A stretch of 63,451 nt of DNA, the filler included, from Welwitschia mirabilis (Eukaryota), in the NCBI GenBank assembly GCA_051453625.1. It is 9 parts of one record of this genome, joined end to end, with 100 filler letters (N's around TTAATTAATTAA, not from the genome) between each part and the next. Parts side by side here need not be neighbours in the genome. Positions count along the whole stretch, not along the records: positions 52,873 to 60,939 come from JBOZIK010000001.1; positions 61,040 to 63,451 come from JBOZIK010000001.1; 7 more parts are not named here. One strand, 5' to 3'. The first letter of the stretch is position 1, and every line of letters starts with the position of its first letter. Shown piece after piece: positions 53,676 to 63,451 of the stretch. Below the pieces are notes generated by a model that searched no databases, was not told the origin of the DNA, and saw only the letters and a program-made list of their open reading frames with translations. The translations under genes were made by a program, and so were the position numbers.

Positions 53676-53738
53676 GTTTTGGTTATAATTTTGGTTTTGG
53701 TTATAATTTTGATTTTGGTTATAATTTTGGTTTTGGTT
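53676..53738 (-). repeat. 18-bp tandem repeat in gag encoding (NQNQNY)n
   Basis: GTTTTGGTTATAATTTTG repeated ~3.5 times. Confidence 0.85.
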
Positions 53739-55845
53739 TCTTAAGTTCAAAGATTTTTTATCAAAAGCACAAGCTTCTTCATAATTCTTTCTTTATAGTT
53801 TGGTAATAAGGAACAATCCTTAGTTATGTGATAATTGTCTTTACATAAGTTACAAGTTTGTACAAAAATCATTTCAATTGTTAGTTTTGCATTTAAAATC
53901 ATCTTAGTATATTTTCCTAAGGTTCTTGTAAAATCTCTAATCAAATTTGCAAGTTTAGTTTCTGTTCTTTCTATCTCATTTTCTTGCTTTACTTTTTGTA
54001 AATCTTTAATAATTTAGGCCTACAATGTAGTTATCTCTAGATGTCGATTTCGGCCATGTTTGACTCACTTCAACAAGTTCTTATAATGTTTTCCAAGCAT
54101 TTTCTAATGTGAGGTTCATTAGGTTTCCACCATAAGAAAAATATATGAGTTGTTTTATTTGATTATTCAATTTACTATAAAAGTAATCTATTAATTCTTC
54201 TTATGTAAATGTATCTATCAGATTAGAATGGATTGTGATAAAGAATCGTTCATAGGTGGAAGCATAATCTTCATTTGGTTGTTATTAGAAGTTAGTTATT
54301 TCTTTCTTTCTCTTGCTAATGGTTGCTTCACTCATAAATATCTTAATAAAAACTTCTTTAATTTGATTTCATATTTTTAAACTCTTATGGGGTATAGTTC
54401 TTAATCAAAGCCTTTCTTTTTCTTTTGACATAATAGCAAAAATAACCATATAGATATGATTACTAATTATTGTCTTTCTATTTCTAGAGGTAGGAACTAA
54501 CTTTTCAATGTCAGCAATGTGTTGAAAGGTATCTCATCGTTTTTGTCACTCAATATGAGATTAGCATTTAAATTTTTTAATTTAATATCGTCACCTAGAG
54601 GTAAATCAAAAGGGATTTGTATTTCATGTTTTCTATTTGCTATTAGTTCTTTAAGAGTAATATTTGCATTAAGATGAGTGTTTAAAGATCCTATGACTTA
54701 TTTTTATTTTTGCATAGTATTCAAAATTTTAAAAGTATCTTATTCTAAATTATTTTCTAAAAAATTTTTCTTCACAAAATTATATTTTGAAAAGATAAAT
54801 TCAGATTAGATGTTATACATACTTGGGAATTGCATACCTAATTCTAATTTGAAGTCAATCAATCTTTCTTTAATATTTTGTTCTATCAATATCTTCTCTC
54901 TCTGAGATTTCTTCTTTGAATTAATCATATCATAGCATGCTTAGTTTTTTTCTTTTCCTTGATTGTTATCTTCTTCATTGTCTAGATGATATCTTAGATG
55001 ATAGCAATACACCAGAAAAAAAAAATCAAAAAGAAAACATTAAAAGACAAAAGTCATAAAATAACAAAGAAATAAAAATTAACAATCATCTTTCTTATTA
55101 TCTGAATAGTTGAGGGGATAACAAGAGAACCTTTATTTTTATTACTAACAAGCATTAAAAAAATTTAATTTGAATTATCATCTTTCATATTGTCTGGATG
55201 ATAGGGGGGAAGATAAAGCCTTATTACAGACTGAAAAACCAAAAACTATGAAAATAAAACCTACAATTCTAACTAAAAATACAAATTGTTTGTAATGAAA
55301 ATTCTTGAACTTCTCAGCAGCCTTCCCTTGCAATGGCACCAAGTTATTATGATGTATAATTTTACAATCCTTTATGTCTTATTTAATCCTGTTAATCACA
55401 AATAAATATATTGCAAACACAACATACTAATATAGATGGAAGTGATTTAAATGTCATAAATCCATTGAAGGCATGTGAAATAAGAAAGAGAATTAATTTC
55501 TAAAGAAATGTTGTATATTTTAGAATATAAAGAACAATGTAAGAAACAATACAATGAGTCATACTTATGCAAATGCATATGTAATCTATTCTAGATGAAC
55601 ACCTATCCAATTACCAAATTGACTTATCAAGATGATTAATCTTATAAAAACTAAATTAGTTAGAAAAACTATCATTAACTAAGACTACCTAAAGCTATTA
55701 GGTAAGTTGAATAGAATATAATGCAAGTTAACCTTAAAAATACACCTAAACTGATGTCATCAACCTTAACAAACGTTACCCTTAAGACCTATATCATAAG
55801 TGAAACTGTTATCGAATCAAGAATAATATAAACCATAAGGAAAAT

Positions 55846-57249
55846 TATTGCGACACCAACTTAAGTGTATTTGATAGGGTATTTTGAGTTGTTTTTGCAG
55901 ATAAACTAACAGATAAATGCTTAGTTCTTATGACAATTGAGAATCTAGGAGCACAAGATGAAAACATGCAGTTTATCAGATAATTCATAAGGATTTTATA
56001 TAAATATGGATAAATTGTATTTTTGAATAATTATCCCTACAAACAACAAGATATCACACTAACAAATAATGAATAGAAGACTATCATTCCCTATGTNNNN
56101 NNNNNNNNNNNNNNNNNNNNNNNNNNNNNNNNNNNNNNNNNNNNNNNNNNNNNNNNNNNNNNNNNNNNNNNNNNNNNNNNNNNNNNNNNNNNNNNNAAAT
56201 ATGGATAAATTGTATTTTTAAATAATTATCCCTACAAACAACAAGATATCACACTGATAAATAATGAATAGAAGACTATCATTCCCTATGTCGTCCAGAC
56301 GATAGTCAGGATGACAACCCTAATTAGACATATGACAGACTTATTTTCAGATGACTTACAGTTGAAGTGAAGATCTTATTATTAGACCTCATTGTCCTCT
56401 TTATCGTCCAGACGACACCAGTGGATGACATCCTCAGAACCAGTTGATAGAACTCCGCATGCAGATCATAGATAGTTAAACTAGAACCTAAACAGATAAC
56501 TCATTGTAAAACCTTGTCATCTCCTTTATTGTCTGGATGACAATATGGAAGACACTGTCCTCTTATACTTTTACAGATTGTATTCCCAAGTTATCGCCTG
56601 TTATTTGCGACTTTCCCTTGTGTGTTAGCTAGAGTTTCTCTTATGCTTTTCTGTCAGTCCCTTTTCCCTTTCTGTCTATAAATAAAGGTCTCTCCCTTGA
56701 TTCCTAATCATCTTCGATAGTACTTAACNNNNNNNNNNNNNNNNNNNNNNNNNNNNNNNNNNNNNNNNNNNNNNNNNNNNNNNNNNNNNNNNNNNNNNNN
56801 NNNNNNNNNNNNNNNNNNNNNNNNNNNNNNNNNNNNNNNNNNNNNNNNNNNNNNNNNNNNNNNNNNNNNNNNNNNNNNNNNNNNNNNNNNNNNNNNNNNN
56901 NNNNNNNNNNNNNNNNNNNNNNNNNNNNNNNNNNNNNNNNNNNNNNNNNNNNNNNNNNNNNNNNNNNNNNNNNNNNNNNNNNNNNNNNNNNNNNNNNNNN
57001 NNNNNNNNNNNNNNNNNNNNNNNNNNNNNNNNNNNNNNNNNNNNNNNNNNNNNNNNNNNNNNNNNNNNNNNNNNNNNNNNNNNNNNNNNNNNNNNNNNNN
57101 NNNNNNNNNNNNNNNNNNNNNNNNNNNNNNNNNNNNNNNNNNNNNNNNNNNNNNNNNNNNNNNNNNNNNNNNTTGTATTTTGCATCTTATTTATAATTAA
57201 CAGGATTGAAATTGAAGTGTGAAACATTGCACAAATACACACCACAACA
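55846..57249 (+). repeat. Probable solo LTR inserted antisense into the LTR of copy H
   Basis: Starts TATTGCGACACC (TG>TA) and ends CACCACAACA; contains two gaps; flanks AAAAT and TACAT match only partly. Confidence 0.7.
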
Positions 57250-58269
57250 TACATGTAAAGTATTAAAGAAACAAAAGAGAAATAGAGTTTATATTAAGTG
57301 AACTAGTATTCAGGTTACAAAGCAATCACACCTCAATGGAGGATGCACAACCCAATACTAAAGAAGGCATGTCTCTGCAATGACAAAGAATGGATCTCCT
57401 CCCCTTCGATCTCTTATCACAAGAATTTTTTGTGCATCAAAGATTGGTAGAAGGATTAAGCGAGAGGTTTATTTATACAAAAAGAAAAGTCTAACCATCG
57501 CTCAACATGTAATAGCCACACTAGAAATGCATTTAATCCTACGAAAAAAATGGATAAAATAAATGAAAATTAGCAAGCCATTTCAGTGTTGTCCTATGTC
57601 ATGGGGACGACACTGAGGATAATGCCCCATAATAATAGATAAGTCATTAACTTCTAGCTTCATAATCAGTTCCATAGTTGGCTCCAAATGTGTTGTCATC
57701 CTACATGTCATGGGGACAACACTGGGAATGACACCTCTTTAGAAAAAAGGAATCATTGGCTCCTAGCTCTAGTTAACGTCCACATCCAAATATCTAGTTG
57801 AGTACTATCATCCTTCTTATCATGGGGATGATAGTGAGGACAATAGTATTTCTTATCTTTCTAGCTTAAGAGAAATTAGCCTTTTGCATCATTAATTTTC
57901 CTCTAAAGGACTAAGTATCAAAATATGCCTGAAATGCCTCTAAATATGTTAAGAATCATGTGTTTCTGTGATCACTCCATTGACTCTCCATAATCATCAA
58001 GATTGGATCTAAACTTATATAAATGTCTAACAAAATAACTCATAATACCCCATCAAATACACATAATTTGATANNNNNNNNNNNNNNNNNNNNNNNNNNN
58101 NNNNNNNNNNNNNNNNNNNNNNNNNNNNNNNNNNNNNNNNNNNNNNNNNNNNNNNNNNNNNNNNNNNNNNNNNCTCCATAATCATCAAGATTGGATCTAA
58201 ACTTATATAAATGTCCAACAAAATAACTCATAATACCCCATCAAATACACATAATTTGATAGTGCATCA

Positions 58270-60137
58270 TACCCAAACTAGTTTCTTTTATCTTTCATTT
58301 TGTGTTTTTCTTTTTCTTCTAATGGTATGCACTTGTCCTTTTCCAGTGAAACCCAAAGTAGTCCAAATTATTGAGTTTAATTTTCTTGAAATTTTATTTA
58401 TACATCTAATATTTCATGTTTTACATCTAATGAATTTCTTGTAGATGCAACTAAAACCGAGATCATAAATAACAAAAACTAAACTCTAATGATTTGTTTT
58501 TTATGTGTGTTGTGCTTCTATGCTTTTTATAAATTTTTGTAAATTTTTTACTTCTATTCAATTTTGTTTTTGTTAAAATTTTAAGAAAGTTAAAATTTAT
58601 AGGATTTATCTCCTTAGGTTGTATTTTTTTATAAATTTATAGTTCATTTAGTTTTCTGCTAAAATTTTTTAACATCCCATAACATAAACCTATCATATAG
58701 ACTCGAACAAATGGTCTATGTTTTCTTGATTTGATCTACCCTAGATAACTAGTGTTACCATCTTTTCTAATTGGCACAAATAGTATTTTTTCTCAGAAAC
58801 CTATATTAATTTAACTATAACCTCTCCAAAAGTCTTTAAAACCTTTTAGAAATTAGGCTTCCACTAAAACTATAAAAAGATAGAAAACATAAATTGTAAT
58901 CCATTTGAAACTTGATAATGAGTTAGGCACCTCACCTATTCAAAACACCTTATAAATTATACTCTATCTACTTTTTAGTTTTTAAAATCATGATCAATTA
59001 AAATAAACTATAAAAGACTTCATTCAATCTAAACAAACTCTAGGGAACTAACTTTAATAAAACTCATATCATCCTTAACCCCTTAATCCTTTAGACAATA
59101 AATAAACCTTTAGAGAGTATCTTCAATCTTAACCATACATAGATCAATCTCCTTATAATATTGAATTTTAAAATCCATATACCAAACAATAGGATTTTTA
59201 TTACATATCTTCCATTATCCTTCACAACCCTTATCCTTCATCTTCCTATTCATATTCGTTGTCCTTTGACCCTTACCCTTCATCTTCCTTTCAATATTCT
59301 TCATCATTTGATTAATACATGTTATCCTCTTATACTTAAAAAACCACTTTACCTTCCTTTGAAGATATCTTTTAAATATTTTTATAAGATGCTTCCAACA
59401 TGTTTCNNNNNNNNNNNNNNNNNNNNNNNNNTTATCCCCTAATTTTTCAATGCTATTCCATGTTATTATTATCCATAGATCATGTATTTAAGACAAAACC
59501 TTATTGATTGTAATAAGTATGTAATGGTGTTATCTTCTATGTTCATTTTCTCTATCCTAAACAACCACCTTTTAAGGCTTAATTTTAACATATTTCTTAT
59601 GAACATGGAAGAAATCCTTAAAGTAACCCACAACAAAACCTATGAAGAAAATCAAAAGGACCTCAAATTTACACATGCCTTAGAGAGTGAACAACTAAAA
59701 TCATGTAAAATGAACTTTAAACTAAGATTAGGTACATATAACAAGGGGTAATCCATAAAAAGTAATTAGATGTTTAAAGAAGACTACAAACTAGAAAGCT
59801 ACACAATAGAGGATGAGTCAACAAGTAACATCAATAAGAAAAACATTGGATCACCATCATTATTACTTAAGCAACCACTTGAGGAAGAATCCACTAGTAG
59901 CCTTAATTAAGATGAAAACATTAGCAAAGAGTCCATTCAGGATTCACTCTTTAAAAAATATTTTTCTCAACAAATTCTTAAGCCAATCATGTCACTATAT
60001 TTTAAGTAATATTTAAATCTCAATGACAAAGAGAAATCCTTCATATATTTGGAACCATTTTTTGTTAATTTTCTCAATGATCATTTACTTTCTTAAATGG
60101 TTTCCAATTTATTTTTATCTTCACCCCAAAATAATGA
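58270..60137 (+). mobile_element. Highly decayed retroelement internal fragment (leader-like, then gag-like)
   Basis: T-rich leader-like start and weak resemblance to the gag of the other copies; no diagnostic motif. Confidence 0.3.
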
Positions 60138-60939
60138 TGTTGCAATCCCAAATTGTCATGTTTTAATGGTGTAATTGACGATGTTTTGCAGGGAACAAGA
60201 ACTCAATGTAGTCATTTTCAGGTATTTTGTCATAAACTGATCTAACAATCTAATTATGACCTTAAATGCCATATTTTCATATAGAAAAGAAAAAATTCAA
60301 ATAAGGAACAAAGTGGAGCAAAAAGTGGAGGAAAATACCAACAAAATAATTATCGTCCCCTTTGTCGTCCCCACGACATAGGGCATGACTACATGGATAA
60401 AGGCATTCAAAGGAGGTTGGCTTAGGCTAACTTGACAAGGCCATTATGGCTTGCTGGCATGGCTATTATGGGGGCTATCATCCTCAAAACACAAGAGACA
60501 ACATAGTTGTTGATTTTCAAATTCAAATACCAATGAGATTCTGATGTGATGGGTTGTGATTGGATGATGAAGGGGTGTCATGTCCTTTGTCGTTCCCATG
60601 ATGATAGTAACAAGACAGTGTCATAACCTCCTTGACCCATAACCACCTTAGGAAAGCTATAAAAACCTCCTTTTGGCACCATTTAGGCATCTTTTTGACA
60701 TTGAAGGATTGGTTACAAAGGCATCTAAGGAGTCAAAGGTCTATTTCAGTAGAGGAGATATCATTCTTCGTGATTAGGCTATGCTTCTGACATTGAGGAG
60801 TCACTACTTTCCCGGGGTGTTGTAAGACATTTAATTAATTTAATAAAATATCTTTCTTTCTCAAATCTTATGATTTCTCTTATGGTTTGTGTTGAAGTTC
60901 AATTAATACTATTTTATTAGATTAATACTGAATTAGACA
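60138..60939 (+). repeat. LTR of a related, more distant subfamily (5' part)
   Basis: Starts TGTTGCAATCCCAAATT; carries GTCGTC/GACGAC-type motifs, TATA-like CTATAAAAA at ~60657 and the shared CATTGAG box; no PPT in front. Confidence 0.7.
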
Positions 60940-61039
60940 NNNNNNNNNNNNNNNNNNNNNNNNNNNNNNNNNNNNNNNNNNNNTTAATTAATTAANNNNN
61001 NNNNNNNNNNNNNNNNNNNNNNNNNNNNNNNNNNNNNNN

Positions 61040-63451
61040 TTAACCTAACACTAAGAAGACCCCTTTCTGTCGCTCTGGATGAACCTCTTATCCTTCAATC
61101 TTCCGTCACAAGTATTAGGTATAAAAGATGGCCTAGAAATAAAGGATGAAAGGGTATTTATAGTTTTTCATTTAAGGTTATAGAAGTAAAACTCTAAAGA
61201 TAGGAAATAAAAATCCTAACTACCCACATAATCATTTGACTCCATTTACAAAGATATTTCTTCCAAACATGCAAAAATAGTTGTCATCCTGTCTATTATT
61301 AGGACGACATAGGAGAAGATGCCATGTATCACCTATCTCCATGTGTTCCACATATTGCTGTCATCTCCATAGCTTTTCTATCCATGTTAGCAGTATCGTC
61401 ATCCTACCTATTATAGAGATGACATAGGAGATGACACCATGTGTCACATGTCTCCATGTACTCCATGTGCTGTTGTTAGCCTAGTAGCCTCTGTCCATGC
61501 TAGTAATGTTATCATCCTGGATGTTGTGGAGATGATGCAGGGGATGATGGTTTTCCTTTTTTCCAATTTCAAAGGTAAATCAGTCTTTTGTATAATAAAG
61601 TCCTCCTTCCAAATATGTAGTATCAAAATATGCCTAAGAAATTGCCAAAAATGCTAAGGATCACATGTTTTACTGATCATCCTGTTAGATCTCCATAGTC
61701 ATTAGTATTACATCAAAACCTATGTGAATGTTCTACAAAAGCACTCAAAATACACCNNNNNNNNNNNNNNNNNNNNNNNNNNNNNNNNNNNNNNNNNNNN
61801 NNNNNNNNNNNNNNNNNNNNNNNNNNNNNNNNNNNNNNNNNNNNNNNNNNNNNNNNTCCATAGTCATTAGTATTACATCAAAACCTATGTGAATGTTCTA
61901 CAAAAGCACTCAAAATACACCATCAAATTCCTATAAGTTGGCATCACAACATAGCCTCCTACTTAGTCTTTTAGTCTCTGACAAAGCAAGTGATCAACTA
62001 GATTGTGAGCCAATTTAACTAAAATAAAAATAGTACTTAAAAGAATGTAAATTAAGTTCATAAAATTATGTCAGAAAATGATATCATNNNNNNNNNNCTA
62101 AAGAATTTTCCAAAGCCCCCTACTTAAGCATGTTACTATAGAATAAATGAATGCTATACACAGACAGAAATCATAAAAATGTAACTTTAATGGCTTATGA
62201 AATGAAACTATATATGCGTATTATAGAAACAGTGATAATGGACTATCGTGACAGGATTAAGTAGTGCTATTTTCTAGAACATGATGTCTCTAAATTCATT
62301 AATATTGTTAAAAAGGCAAAGGAGAAAAGTGGATATAGCATAATTTAGATGATCTAAAAACATGGCTATGGCAAAACATGTCAGTGTGCTACTGGATCTT
62401 GCAAAATAAAGTTCATGAATTCTCCAAAATTTATTCAAATAACATGAAAAACTCATCTAAACAACCCATCATAAAGTTAGATTGTAAAAGCTCAAAAATT
62501 AAAAAAATTATGTTGATAAGTATATATTAACTCTTATAAAGGTGTTCTACTCCTCCTTCTTCCTTTTCCACCCCCCCCACAAGAGAATCAAGACATCCCA
62601 AATTGCACAAGGAATAGAAGAGAAGTATCATCCCCTTTGTCATTGGGATGACAGAGATGGGATGATGGTTATCAAACTAGCTGTTTAGAGAGGAAGATGA
62701 AGCTACATAAATTCAGAAAACTAGAAAACAACAAAAAGAAGATAGCAAACAGGGGAAAAGTGAAGAAACATCCTTAAAAAAAACCACATTATGAAGAAGG
62801 GGAAAGTGATAGTAGAGGAAAATGCATTAAATTGGAAGAAGTAATGCTCAAAGATACCTCAAATGTGCCTGAACTCATGGAAAACTAAAAATTATTAGAT
62901 TATGGAAATCTATCAGAAAGAAACAACAATCCTCTAAAAAAATTATGGATAAATAATAAGAAACTAGAAAATGATTAGATCCACAATATCATGCTAAAAA
63001 AGTAAGAAGAATAACTTTGAAAATCTAATGAAATAACTAAAGAAAAACAAAAATGAACATTAACAACTAGGAACATGAAGAAGATTACTTTCTTACCCTA
63101 AATTCTAACTTAACAAATTTTCTTAGCAACAATCATAAAATCGCTTGAGAATTATGCATGACATAATATAAAAATTCAGAAAGTTCCACTCAAATAGGCA
63201 ATGATTATGACAATGTCAAGTATTCTAATGTTATTAAATAATAAATAATAAGATAAAAAGTTCTTTAAAATAGAAACTTACAAGCTACAATATCAAATCT
63301 AGCACTAGAATCTAGAAAGTAGAGTGATCATGTAGAAGTACTAGAAATAAATAAAGAAAACAATTTATTTTTCCAGGATGAGGGGAGTGCAACCACTGTC
63401 AAAGGAGTAAGGACCTGCGTAGCATGGCCAACTTAGTCCCTAGTGGAGTTT
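61040..63451 (-). mobile_element. Athila-like copy J: 3' noncoding region, PPT (61952-61970) and 3' LTR (61040-61951)
   Basis: Minus strand AAGACTAAGTAGGAGGCTA then TGTTGTGATGCC; conserved post-pol block at 63372-63451. Confidence 0.85.

Larger units (their letters stand above)
52873..58269 (-). mobile_element. Athila-like copy H: 5' LTR (58269-57250 plus 55845-55345), PBS 55324-55341, leader, gag, start of protease
   Basis: PBS TGGTGCCATTGCAAGGGA; gag knuckle CNLCKDNYHITKDC; KFKDLG; LTR start TGATGCACTATC. Joining the two LTR pieces is an inference. Confidence 0.8.

Noticed and set aside
56270-57850. Spaced palindromic motifs as a CRISPR array
   Set aside because: The repeats are degenerate, irregularly spaced and embedded in LTRs; there are no cas genes and the context is eukaryotic.
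59161-60016. Short ORFs as host genes
   Set aside because: Low-complexity translations without domains or exon structure, inside decayed repeat sequence.
63372-63451. Conserved block as a 5S rRNA-derived (Cassandra-like) sequence, tRNA or hammerhead ribozyme
   Set aside because: Only AACTCC and GTTGCAC resemble 5S, at the wrong spacing and without the internal control boxes. There is no cloverleaf and no CUGAUGA/GAAA core.

Overview
This window is AT-rich, gap-riddled plant heterochromatin; I found no intact host gene, RNA gene or CRISPR array. It is a nest of decayed retroelements. Most are fragments of one Athila-like, non-chromovirus Ty3/Gypsy family: about 10 copies in both orientations, with ~1.1-1.3 kb TG...CA LTRs, a tRNA-Asp-type PBS, gag zinc knuckle, DIGAS protease, FMDD reverse transcriptase, RNase H and an integrase with no recognisable chromodomain. 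Also present are a near full-length dead L1-clade LINE (~25.6-31.0 kb), LTR ends from a Copia-like and a chromovirus-like family, and an unidentified 3.9 kb segment. All ORFs are broken by C>T/G>A stops. Main signals: (1) three diverged copies carry a ~410 aa accessory gene whose ATG appears to sit in a 5-nt coding exon (ATGAG|GTATG) joined in frame across a ~550 nt intron; (2) a recurring nested palindrome GTCRTCYRGAYGAC lies in the LTRs, the 5' leader and just upstream of that gene; (3) a conserved, possibly structured ~90 nt block lies downstream of pol; (4) one clean nested insertion has a target-site duplication (TSD); (5) one copy fuses the RT start to the integrase tail in frame. Many duplications flanking gaps and the TTAATTAATTAA islands are assembly artefacts. 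Family names come from motifs recognised by eye, not database searches, and internal boundaries are approximate.
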